From the NCBI RefSeq assembly GCF_964204645.1, contig NC_134025.1, positions 17,211,101 to 17,275,100 of the forward strand: a DNA stretch of 64,000 nucleotides, read 5' to 3'. Origin of the DNA: Tubulanus polymorphus (lineage: Eukaryota > Animalia > Nemertea). The notes beneath the pieces were generated by a model. The model was not told the origin of the DNA and ran no database searches. It saw only the letters and a program-made list of their open reading frames with translations. Made by a program: the position numbers and the translations under genes. Positions 10,907 to 22,439 of the stretch are shown in pieces; the first letter of the stretch is position 1; every line of letters begins with the position of its first letter.

Positions 10907-13267
10907 TAATCGATCTTTGTGTTTGTCAAACCTTCTGAAATCTGAGCTCGTTTTAATTTCTTCTACAAACCCATCAAACTGGTCCCGAATTTCATCACAG
11001 TCTTTTTCTTGCACTTGTTTTGAGTGCCACATCGCAGATAAAACCCTACGGAAAGCGGACTTTGAATAATCACATTCATTCAGCATTACACTGGGCTTCA
11101 TACATTTCAAATTCCTCACAAGAGTATAATTAACAGGGGATTTATGTAGTATCTTGCTGACAACAGCAATGAGAAATTTCTTTGTACACATTCTATAATC
11201 CATAACTTGTCTTTCAATTACTTTTTTCTGAACTAATAATTCATTCAGTTTCATGTCAGGTCGAAAAACCAACATCAATTTTAGCATGGGCAATATGATT
11301 TTCCATTTTATCATATTCAACCTTTATCAGAGAAATAAGCGATAAATCAGACGACAAGATTTCACTTTTTACAAACCGTTTCATAAGTGAATTAAGCAGG
11401 CATTTAAGATCATCGGCCATAAATGGTAACAATGGTTTATCTGATTGATAAAATGTTAAGAATGGTCAAAGAAGTTTAGCAATGGAAATGAAAGTATACA
11501 GTCTTGGTACAACAAGTACATCACAAGCACAGTCTCGAACAACCACGTATGATTTACAGGATGGAATCTTTGCTCGGGGTCCTTTCTGTACATCCTCTAC
11601 ATATTTGACACAGTTTTCCCAAACTTCCAGAGCTCTCTCAGCGCAAGGGATATTTTCAATCCACCTAAAATTTAGAAAAATCTGATCAGATTATGATGAT
11701 GGTTATACATGTACTGTGTTCTCTTTCAGCAACAACAAGCAGTTTACCTATGAGCACAAAATTTCTTCGGGAACACATCTGATTCAGTTAATTCTACATA
11801 GTCTTCTCGCCTGGCAGGAGCTTCATTAAAAACGTAATATAGACTACTTAATAACGATTCAACATCCCAGGATGAGGCAACAACACCATGACGGAATGCA
11901 TTATGTAAAACATGAAGACCGCAACTTCCAACGTTCAACATGGTAGAATTGTTATTCAGTTCTGACGATATATCCTCCTCCAAGATTTCATAAAAGCGCC
12001 AATTAACATTAGGGCCATCCATAGATAGTTGCACACAATTGGCCAAGCTAAAGTCCGTTTCCTCTTTAAACTTGGTGAGCATGTCCACTGCAGTTGCATG
12101 GCCCATAAATGCGGACGTATAGAAACGACTCCGAACTACATCTGCATCCCACATTCTAATGTGAATGTCCAATTGCTTCTTCTGATTAATTTTGTTCGGA
12201 AATTCATCAAACAAAAAGGCATAAGGTTCTTCGCCTATCTTAGACCTCAACTGTGTTTTGATGTACGGATACAAGCCATAATAAGCAATATATGAACACT
12301 TCCTCTCACTCATTGAAAATGCCTGTGCAATTGGTGAGTCAAAAAACATACTTTTGAACAGTTCTTTAATGTTTTCCGAGGACTTTAAATGAGTAATGGG
12401 ATCTGCATGTCTTAACAACCCACTAGACTTCTGCCTTTGTTACGTTGGTTGGACTCGCTATGATTGCTGAAGCTGCAGTGGTGGCTTGCACGACTTTACT
12501 CTGTAGCTCATCCGTGGAAACTGTCTGTTTACTTGTGCTGAAAATGTATGAGATTTTTGTTATTCATTTCAGTAAGGTTTACAATAAACATAATTCAATT
12601 GAAAACTATTTATATCGTTTATATTTTTTTGGTATTCTACCTCTGCTGGTTGTTTCCTTTGGCAATAAAATCTGTGAGTCGTTTCGTTTGGGAAATCACA
12701 GCTCCACCGTTTGCATGTTGTAATGACTTTGCATGACTTGACACAGCGCTTTGTCCACCCCATGAAACGCTGAATAGCTTCATGCAAATTTTACAGTATG
12801 CTTTGCTACTGTCCGAAGCACACATCTCAATCCAATCTTTATATTCATCATGGACTAGCCACGCTTCTTTGAAGTGGCTCTTCCCCATCAGGCCTATGGA
12901 ATTGGCCAACGATGTCAATAATAAATTGCACTAATGGACAAAGCTCCACAACAGACACAAAAATCAAATGGCAAACAATTTCATGAAAAAAAATCAATTC
13001 AATTAATCTTTATTGTGCAAAAAAACTTCAACAAAGATTAAATTGAATTGGATTGAGAAAATTGAGAACGCAGACGAAATGGCTACAGAAGATCGTCAAT
13101 ATCAGCGATTTTACAGAATTATTGTGTAAAATGTTCAAAAATTGATGGAATATGAAATTTCAGGCTTTTTCTGGATTTACTTCAGATACACTTCATATTT
13201 CAGGATTTTCCTGGCCAAAAATTACAAAATAAAAATTTCAGGCTTTTCCAGATCGCTACGAACCCTG
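10907..13267 (-). mobile_element. Degenerate hAT-like DNA transposon (BED-type zinc finger plus transposase, one intron)
   Basis: AYCKICMK..SH..H; LFDE, SMDGPNVN, SCGLHVLHNAF; removing intron 11665-11747 gives FCAHR|WIEN; terminus CAGGGTTCGTAGCGATCTGGAAAA at 13267; 3' part truncated. Confidence 0.85.
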
Positions 13268-13510
13268 TGTGTGCTCAGAGTTTGTGCGCTGAACCTGTTT
13301 GTATTGTGTTTTGCATTTCTAAACTCTATGAACTTGTACAGTCTTTATTCTGAATCTCTCTTCCAGAACTATTTCTGTGCACTCTGCTGAGCACTGTTTT
13401 CACGCTACCCCCTCCGATTTGTATATAAACAATGTACTTGTAAATACATTTATTCCGAATACAACCACGGTAGAAGGCAGATAGTAGTTGTCTTCATATT
13501 CTGGGATCTA

Positions 13511-14937
13511 TTGAGTTGGCCGTCTTTACCCAACAATATATATATAAGCTCAAAACTAACTGACCATTATAGATCATGCATTATCACAACTGACCTATCA
13601 GACCATCTGCCCTGTTATATATCAATCAAAGATAGGAACTACAAAATGAAAACAAAGGAAACTAAATTATTCCGACGATTCAATCGAAGCAACTTAACCA
13701 ATATTAATAATGAACTCTCTGAAATTGATTGGGCTGTAATTGAAAACATAAACAGCGATGATGGGTATAGCTTTTTAATTGAAAAGCTCACTCAATCTTT
13801 AGATAGACATGCACCCCCGACTGAAACGAAAATTGGGCATATAAAGATAGACGAACCATGGATGACACATGGTCTACTAACATCGTCAAAAAAGTGTGAT
13901 CGTTTATATCGTAAGGTACTTGGTGCTCCAAAAAGTGATCCAAAATACGTAAGATATCTTAATTATCGAAATCAGTTGAATTATTTAAGAAGAAGAGCAA
14001 AGCATAGTTATTATGCGAATAAGATACTTAGTTTTAGAAATAACCGTAGAAAGTTATGTGATTTACTAAAGACCACCATAGGTAAACAAATCATCTACTA
14101 TTGAAAATCTAAAAATTGATGGAAAAATTGAAAAAGACCACAAAAAAATTAGTGACTCACTGTCTTTGTTTTTTAGTAATATAGGAAAAGAGTATGCCAC
14201 TAAAGTCCCAACATCTGAGCATTCATTTCAAGAATACCTCAATATCCATAACAATATTAACATTTTCTTTAGACCCACTGACACTAATGAGATCATTTCT
14301 TTAGTGAAATCATTACCAAATAAAAGTAGTACTGGTTTTAATAACATTAGCAATAATCTCCTAAAAGAAGTAATTTATACTATATGTGATCCGTTGTGTA
14401 CACTATTAACAATTCATTAAGAGATGGCGTAGTACCCAAATTAATGAACATTGCAGAAGTTATTCCTATCCACAAAGGTGATGATAAATCCCAAGCAACT
14501 AACTACAGGCCTATCTCACTTTTACCCGTAATATCTAAAATACTAGAAAAAATAGTTCACAACAGGCTATATAACTTTTTTATTACGAACAACTTACTCT
14601 ACAGCAGCCAATATGGGTACAGAGAAAATCATTCAACTGCTCAATCAATACTTGAATTAACCGGAAATATAATTAGTAGCTTCGACAATGGTAATAACAC
14701 AATTGGAGTCTTCCTTGATCTGTCTAAAGCGTTTGACTCGCTCGATATCCCAACGTTGATATACAAATTAGATAAGTATGGAATAAGAGGAATTCCATTG
14801 CAATGGTTGAAAAGTTACCTCAGTGAAAGGAGAATGTATGTAAAGGTCAACGGAATCAAATCAAATCTAACTTAAGTCGAATACGGAATTCCTCAAGGCT
14901 CTATACTCGGACCACTGCTTTTTCTTATATATGTTAA
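13511..14937 (+). mobile_element. CR1/L2-clade LINE fragment (endonuclease C-terminus plus RT N-terminal half), frameshifted
   Basis: TDLSDHLP, PWMT.GL, NYRPISLLPVISKILEK, FLDLSKAFD, GIPQGSILGPLLFLIYV. Confidence 0.92.
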
Positions 14938-15053
14938 GTTTTATGATTATAATATTCTGTAAATGGTTTACTTTTTTTACATTTGCAACATGTCTTCTGA
15001 TACATATTTACAACACCATTATTGTTTATATTGATAGTTTGTGTACTTTCCAT
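14935..15053 (-). pseudogene. N-terminal stub of a second HNH gene, truncated at the LINE junction
   Basis: TAAATG then MESTQTININNNGVVNMYQKTCCKCKKSKPFTEY, resembling the start of the gene at 8908 (MEPEQPQIINITNNTG..IYYKKCSKC..TEF). Confidence 0.6.
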
Positions 15054-15082
15054 TTATGATACATATTTTTATTAAAATCTGA

Positions 15083-16064
15083 TTAACACGTTATAATCCT
15101 GTTCATTATTTCCTTTTCTTTTGTTTCTTCTCTTTTAAATTTTAGATGTTCTCCTAAATTGCAACCATAAGCAACTGTGTGTATACCATCATCCAGAATA
15201 TACCTTTTATCGTCAAATGAATTTAGACTAGCCTTTTCAATTTCTTCAATAAACGTCTCGTGGTGCTCAGATCTTAAACATTTCATCTTATGTTTTGTAA
15301 CTTCTTCATTCAATATACAATTGATGTAATCTTTGAAATGAATATTCTTTTCAACAACGCTTTTGGTTATTCGATTCAATTTCTTTGATTCATGAGTTTT
15401 AGTTTTATATGAATACATTTTAGATCTAATACCTATGAACTCTATCATTCCTTCATCTCCTAATTCATCTTTGAATTTACCGGGCACCTTTTTATTATCA
15501 TTGTCAAACAATTCATGATCTTTTGGATAATTACTAAAGTCGAAATGATGTTTTAATGTTTTTAAATCATCTGTTATATTATTAGTTTTAATCTTTAATA
15601 TGTAAGAATCGGTATCAAAATATAAGATTTCTATATGCTTTTCTCCAAAATGAGGTAGTAATACGTTATAGTAAAATTCATACATTAGTAATTTTGATAT
15701 TTCTATTTTTTATGTTTGCTGAAGCACCAACATAAATTGGTTTATTAAATTTCATAGAAGTTCTCCTCATTTTAACTGCAGCTAAATTGTCATCAAATAT
15801 TCTGTTACCGATAAATTTAGGATATGTTTGTAAATGTCTAATTCTTTTACCATTGCTAACTAACTCAATATCATTTCCATTTCTAATATTTTCACAAGTC
15901 TTACCATAGAATGCATTATTCATTAGTTTGAAGAAATCTTTCTCGAAATCAGTTTTAGCTTTAGTTCTCTGTTTGGTGTTAAAATCTATATATTTTTCCA
16001 ACCATTTAGATTGGCTGAATGAAATATATCTATGTACTTTTTTTTTAATCATTCCTTGATTCAA
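15083..16064 (-). pseudogene. polB: Protein-primed family B DNA polymerase, C-terminal fragment, intein-free
   Basis: KLMNNAFYGK, ILYFDTDSY, GKFKDE, RSKMYS, FDDKRY; two ORFs joined by a small lesion. Confidence 0.93.
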
Positions 16065-16079
16065 ATAAAATTAAAATTG

Positions 16080-18767
16080 TTCTTAATGTAACAGAATTAT
16101 TAAAAGATCAATTTTATGATCAATTAAAAGAGGAGTATGTGAAAGACGAAGTGTTTAATAGAACATTAAATATTTGGAACCATTTTAAGATGAAAAATCA
16201 TGGTGAATTAGTTGATTTATATTTAAAATCAGATGTTATGATATTGGCTGACATATTTGAAAAATTTAGAGAAGTTAATTTGAATCATTTTAATGTTGAT
16301 CCTTGTTATTGCTACTCTAGTCCTGGTTTAACCTGGCAATGTGGTTTAAAATATACAAATGTAGAATTAGATTTATTAAAAGAACCAGATATGGTTTTAT
16401 TATTTGAAAAATCAATTAGAGGTGGAATTAGTGGTGTTATGGGAGATAGGTATTTTAAAGCAAATGATGAATATAAATTATTATATATTGACGCCAATAA
16501 TTTATATGGTTGGGCAATGATGCAACCTCAACCATACAAAATTTTTATATTAACAGAAGTTGAAAATGATGATAAAACTGATTGGGAAAGCGCAATTGCG
16601 AGTTTAAAAGATGAAGCACCAATTGGTTATTTCTTTGTAGTTGATTTAGAATATCCTGAAAATATAAAGTTTAAAACAAGAAACTTACCTTATTGCCCAG
16701 AACATTTAACTGTAGATGATAGTTATTTAAGTGAATACCAGAAGAAAATAAAACCGAAAGATCATGTTTTTACAGAAAAATTAATACTTACTCAAAATAA
16801 TAAATACAATTATATTGTTCATTGTAGAATGTTAAAATTTTATCTAAAACAAGGAATGAAATTAAAGAAAGTACATAGATATATCGAATTTAATCAATCG
16901 AAGTGGTTAGAAAAATATATAGATTTCAATACTCAACAGAGAACCATATCAGATTTTGAAAAAGATTTCTTCAAATTAATGAATAATAGTTTTTATGGTA
17001 AAACATGTGAAAATATTAGAAATAGAAATGATATTGAATTAGTAAATAATTCTGAACGATTAAGACATTTACAATCAAGTCCTAGACATTTAGGAAATAA
17101 AAGATTTGAAGATTATTTAACAGCGGTTAAATTAAGAAGAACGTCAATGAAATTTAATAAACCTATATTCATTGGTTCAACTGTTTTAGAAGTATCAAAA
17201 TTATTAATGTATGATTTTTATTATAATGTTTTACAACCATTTTTCGGGGAAAAGCATATTGAAATATTATATTTTGATTCTGTAACAGCTGACACCCCAA
17301 TATTATTAAAATGTAATGATAAAATATTGATAAGAAGAATTTCAGAAATAATTCCAAAACAAAATGAATGTTATATTTTATATGGTGAAAAAGAATTAAT
17401 ACAAATAAATGGATTAATGGATGTTTGGACAAGAAATGGATGGAAAAAATTAAAGAATATTATTAGGCATAAAACAAATAAGAAAATCAATAGAGTTAGA
17501 ACTAAATTAGGATTTGTTGATGTTACAGAAGATCATAGTTTAATTAAACGAAATGGCAATGAAATAAAACCAACTGATATAAAAATTGGAGATGAATTAT
17601 TACATAAAAGATTTTTCCAGAGATGAATCATATGTCATTTGATGAAATAATTGATAATATTTATAATGTAGAACCCGAAACATTAGAAGAAAAAGAATAT
17701 CTTATCAAAGGATTTTTCAAGGGTGATGGTTCAGCAGGTGTGTATAATTATGTTTGGGGTAATAAATATTGTTGGTATTTATGTAATCAAGACTTAAAAT
17801 TATTAGAAAGAATTAAGAAATTCTGTGAAGTTTATTCACATAAAACATTTAGAATCATGGATGTTATGAAATCATCAGCAGTTTATAGAATACTTGTAAA
17901 TAATCCTAAAGATTTTGCTATAAAATATAATGATGAATTCTATATTCATGCAATAGTTAAAAGTAATACTTCAACTAAAGAAAAGATAGTACCAGATTAT
18001 GTATTAAATGCAAAAAAATAATTTAAGAAAGTGGTTCTTCATTGGATTCTATGCCGCAGATGGCACTAAAAAATTTACAAAGGATAAAAAGATAACCTTT
18101 GCACAGAAAGGAAAAGTTGCTATATCAGGGTTAAATATATTATGCATTTCATTAGGATTTAATATGAATATAGAATTAATTAAATCTAAAGCAAATTGTT
18201 TTAATTTAAGGCATGTAGAAAAAGATTTAACTGAAGAAGTTAAAGATTTATTTGAAATATATAACCCAACTGACTATGTTTATGATTTATCAACAGATGA
18301 TGGAACATTCAATTCTGGGTTCCCATTAATCCAAAAAAATACCGATGCGTACATACTAAAAATCGAGACAAATGACATAACAAAAGACTTAAAAACATTA
18401 AAACATCATTTTGATTTTAGCAATTATCCCAAAGATCATGAACTATTTAGCAATGATAATAAAAAGATTCCTGGTAAATTTAAAGATGAATTAGGGGGTG
18501 ATGAAATGATTGAATTTGTTGGGATAAGAAGTAAAATGTATAGTTATAGAACAAAAGATCATGAAGCTAAAAAGTTAAAAGGAATAACAAAACATGTGGT
18601 TGATAAACTTATATAAATCAATTGTAATGAAACATAAAATGAATTGTTTAAGATCAGAAGATCACGAGATGTACATTAATGAAGTTGAAAAAACTAGTTT
18701 GAATCCATTTGATGATAAAAGGCATATTTTAGATGATGGTATAAAAACATTACCTTATGGCCATTAA
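16080..18767 (+). pseudogene. polB: Protein-primed family B DNA polymerase (5'-truncated) containing an intein
   Basis: YLKSDVMILADIFE (exo III), RGGIS, YIDANNLYGWAM (motif A), KLMNNSFYGK (motif B), split motif C YFD/TDAY, GKFKDE, and FDDKRHILDDGIKTLPYGH* ending at 18767. Confidence 0.95.
17279..18340 (+). mobile_element. Intein with LAGLIDADG homing endonuclease, inserted in PolB motif C
   Basis: Block A SVTADTPILL, block B VDVTEDHSL, block C LIKGFFKGDGS, block E FFIGFYAADGT, block F YVYDLSTDDGTF, block G LIQKN followed by Thr; absent from the homologous site at ~15605-15620. Confidence 0.95.
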
Positions 18768-18841
18768 AACAGAAAATCAATATCATCATACTCGAAATCA
18801 CTATTGGCTTCTTCATTTTCATTTAATTGTTCTTGTATAAT

Positions 18842-20094
18842 TTATTTAGGTTCTTCCATTTCAATTTTCTCATTTAAATAAAGTTCTATCTTGTACCACA
18901 TTTCATTTCGCTCTCTTTGTTTCTTTTTGTTTGTTAATTCATCAAATGGAATTATAATATCTATGTTTAAATAATTTACAATCTTATTTAAAAAGAATTC
19001 ATAATTAATTGAATCTGTTATTCTATTTTCCAAATGATACATTAATATTTGTTTGAATGTTTTTTTTATATTTTCCATATCTTCTTCTGTTAACTTTGGT
19101 TTTTCATAATAATCGTTAAAAAATAAATATAAATACATTTTCTTTTGTTTTGTGATAAATGTTGATGGAATAATTGTTTTTATAATATCTTTTTTAGTTA
19201 TTTCACCATTTTTATTTTCTATTATTTTCATTTTTTCAAGCCATTGCTTATATTCTGGTGTATGATCTTCTATAGAAAATATTTTAAACATTTCATCAAG
19301 ATAATTTAAGTTTGGTTCTATGAGAAAATCTCTAGTTTTTTCTTCACCCCATAAATTCTTTTGCCATCCACATTCATTACAAAATAACAAAGTACCTTCT
19401 TGCCTAAAGGTCGCATAACTACATTGTGGACATTTTCGTTTATAATTTATTAGTAATAGATCTTCATTAAGCTCCTGGTATTTTTTCTTACGTTTTCTTT
19501 ATGTTTTATTGTTCTATTATGTAGATTTTAATTACTTGTTGTAATAATCAATTTACAATATTTACAATAATATGTTTTTCTTGTTAATTCATTATATTGT
19601 TTATCTAACTTTTCAACTGTTTCTTTATTATCTGGTAACGTTTTCTCATATTTTATTTTTTCTAATATATTATTTTTTCTTTCATTGAATTCTGCTTCAA
19701 ATTTATTAGAAATTTTATCTATATGTGCTTTACGAAATTGATGATTCTCCCAATCTTCTATATTTTCAGGGCTATATTTTATTCGACAAGGCTCACAGAA
19801 ATGATCTTTTATATTATCCTTATCATAGAATAAGAAAGGTCTTTTCCAAATAATTTCTGGTTCAACTTCAACAGAATTACTATTACTTTCGTTACTATCA
19901 ATATTAGCCGTTGCGCCATTAATTTTACACTTCTCTGAATGTTTTTTAACATAATTTCTTGAGAATAATTTATCACATTTTGGACAGTTTAGTTTAGGGG
20001 GTTTATAATTTTCATCATGTTTTTTCATATGTCGAACCATATTACTTTTTCTTAGAAGTTCACCACAAATTTCACATGCTATCTTCTCATCCAT
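18842..20094 (-). pseudogene. Multi-zinc-finger protein (one gene broken by a stop at 19528 and a frameshift at ~19485)
   Basis: CEICG..MVRHMKKH, CPKC..KKH..KC, CEPC..H..H, CKYC..HNRTIKH and CPQC..CNECG; TAAATG start. Confidence 0.75.
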
Positions 20095-20162
20095 TTATTA
20101 AGGAAAAATTTTATTAAAATTAATTTTTAGTGATGAGCGGTAATTTTTTTATGTTATAAATA

Positions 20163-20924
20163 ATGGTAGAATTAAAAGAATACAGAATATTTGTTGATTC
20201 TAGAAAGCTTACAAATTATAAATCACATAATTTACTAATACAATTAGATAGAGAATTGAAGAATTGTGTTGATTTAAAATTAGTTAATATAAGGTTATGT
20301 AATTCTTTTTATAATGTATCGGATAAAAGTTTTGATCATAGATTGTTTATGATTCATGATAGAAATATGGATAAATGGTATCATCTATTTCTAAGACCAG
20401 GATTATATAATTTAGAAACATTATCTCATGAAATTAATAAAAGAGCTCGTTTAAAAGTGGGTGAATCTGTTGGGTTTAACATTAAATTTAATAAAATTGA
20501 TAGTACTAATAAAATAAGAATAAAGTTAACTAATGAACAATATAAATAGTAAGAAAACCATTAGCTAAAATGCTAGGAGTTAATCCAAATAAAGTATAAA
20601 TATAAGTATTCAAATGTTGATACTACACCAAATATAATACCTTTTACGCACTTCTATATTTATTGTAATTTAATTGATCCTACAAAAACATTCGAAGCAA
20701 CTAAAGATACAATTTGTAATTCTGGTTTATTAAATATTTTACCATTAAAAAATGTCAAACAATTTGGAACTCAAATAAATTATAATTTAGCTGAATGTGA
20801 TTTTAAATCTTGTATTCCTCAATTTAATAATTTTAAATTAGAAATAAGAAATCACAATGGATATTTAATTGATTTAAATAACTTTCCTGTGATATATGAA
20901 TTAGTTATAAGATGTAGAGAGTAA
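20163..20924 (+). pseudogene. Minor capsid (penton-like) protein, disrupted
   Basis: N-terminal IFVDSR..L...LKN...LKL....NSFYNV..PGLY and, after lesions, C-terminal YIYCNLI..LEIRNHNGYLIDLNNFPVIYELVI, a pattern typical of Polinton/virophage minor capsids. Confidence 0.7.
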
Positions 20925-20940
20925 TTTTTTCACTATATAA

Positions 20941-21300
20941 ATGAATATAACTGTGGGACCGAGTATATGTTTTGGGTTTGATTTTAAACGTGAGAAAGAA
21001 ATGAAATTTAACATTAATGATGTAATTACACATATCAAAAATATTGCACTTTCTAATGAAACAACATTTGAATATGAAACAACAATAGATAAAGAAAATT
21101 TAAATGTAGAAAAGATTACTAATTTAATTAGAGAATCTTTAAGATTTTATGAATTAGATGAAGATTTTATCATAGATGATATCAAAAACATATTAACCAA
21201 AATATATGATAATCATAAAAGTAGTAATGAAATAAAGGTTGAATTAATCATCACTAAGATAACTAAATATTTTGAAGATAATAATTTTTTTGATAAATAA
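20941..21300 (+). CDS. Hypothetical protein (119 aa)
   Basis: Intact ORF, TAAATG start, abuts the next gene. Confidence 0.6.
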   Translation: MNITVGPSICFGFDFKREKEMKFNINDVITHIKNIALSNETTFEYETTIDKENLNVEKITNLIRESLRFYELDEDFIIDDIKNILTKIYDNHKSSNEIKVELIITKITKYFEDNNFFDK

Positions 21301-21522
21301 ATGAGTGATAATAAGTGGATAATAACTGGATTATATAATGGAGCATTACTATCAGTTGGAACTGTTGGTTATTCAATGGTATTAAAAAAAGTATTCAAAA
21401 TGGGAAGTGTTAATGTTGATAGATTTGATATAAATGATATTTTAAAATTAACATTAGCAGTTACTTTATCTAATTTAACTATTGATTATTTGGAAAAACA
21501 AAAATATATTCCTCCCATATAA
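21301..21522 (+). CDS. Small hydrophobic protein (73 aa)
   Basis: Intact ORF, TAAATG start, two hydrophobic or amphipathic helices. Confidence 0.65.
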   Translation: MSDNKWIITGLYNGALLSVGTVGYSMVLKKVFKMGSVNVDRFDINDILKLTLAVTLSNLTIDYLEKQKYIPPI

Positions 21523-21546
21523 ATGCGTAATTATTTTACTTAATAA

Positions 21547-21969
21547 ATGGCTTCTGCAATTATAACTATTATAGGATCGGCAATTGTTAACGCTTTAGCA
21601 TTTACTGGTGGTGGTTATTTATTTAAGCATATTGATAAAAATAGTTCATTGGGAGAACAAAGAAGACATAACTTAGCATTAGAAAAATACAATAAAGCAG
21701 CAGAAGAATATAGAGAAAAGAGACAAAACTATATGGATTATATTAACAAGGAATTATATGATCAGAAGATTTCACATAGAGATTTTCAATCAGTCGATGA
21801 TGCAATGAGTTTATATAACGCGGTAAGCAATAAAAAAAAATTACATCTATACAAACCTAAATTATCAGATTATTATACCCCAAGTAAAGAACAACAGAAA
21901 TATGAAATAATATGGATTTTAGGTGGAACTGTTATTGTTATATTTGTTGCTTATAAGTTTACTAATTAG
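21547..21969 (+). CDS. Membrane-active or core protein candidate with ExxRHN motif (140 aa)
   Basis: Gly/Ala-rich hydrophobic N-terminus, EQRRHNLALE, C-terminal TM helix. Confidence 0.65.
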   Translation: MASAIITIIGSAIVNALAFTGGGYLFKHIDKNSSLGEQRRHNLALEKYNKAAEEYREKRQNYMDYINKELYDQKISHRDFQSVDDAMSLYNAVSNKKKLHLYKPKLSDYYTPSKEQQKYEIIWILGGTVIVIFVAYKFTN

Positions 21970-21989
21970 TAATTTTTTTTTCTAAATAA

Positions 21990-22424
21990 ATGGAAGATAA
22001 AGTTGATAATATTGATATTATTCCTCATGATATAAATAAAACTAAATTAAAAATATATTTAGAAAAACAAATATTAGAATTTGAAAGTGACTTAAAGATA
22101 AAAAAGAAAAAATATTTAAAAAGTAAAATTATATATTATCTTATTATTAGTGGTTCGGTTACAATTAGTTCTGTAATAACATTTCTAGCAATATTCAGTC
22201 CATTAACACCTTTAGCTATATCAATTGGTGTATTAGGATTAAGTTCAAGTGTTTTAACTGGTATAAGTTCAAAATTAAATATAAAAAGTAATAAAGAAAA
22301 AATTGAAACTAATATAAAAGCAATTAATAAATTAAAGAATACACTAGATTATATAATAAGTTTAAATGGCTATATAACAGTTGAAGAACAAGATAAATTA
22401 TTAAAAGAATTAATAAATTATTAA
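21990..22424 (+). CDS. Two-TM membrane protein (SLATT-like architecture, 144 aa)
   Basis: Basic helix, two adjacent TM segments, then a coiled C-terminus; second copy at 1..100. Confidence 0.7.
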   Translation: MEDKVDNIDIIPHDINKTKLKIYLEKQILEFESDLKIKKKKYLKSKIIYYLIISGSVTISSVITFLAIFSPLTPLAISIGVLGLSSSVLTGISSKLNIKSNKEKIETNIKAINKLKNTLDYIISLNGYITVEEQDKLLKELINY

Positions 22425-22439
22425 TTTTTTATTATATAA

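Noticed and set aside
17279-18340. Group I intron, spliceosomal intron or Hedgehog Hint domain instead of an intein
   Set aside because: The insert is in frame at both ends, has N- and C-terminal splicing blocks with Asn-Thr at the junction, and has no GT-AG ends.
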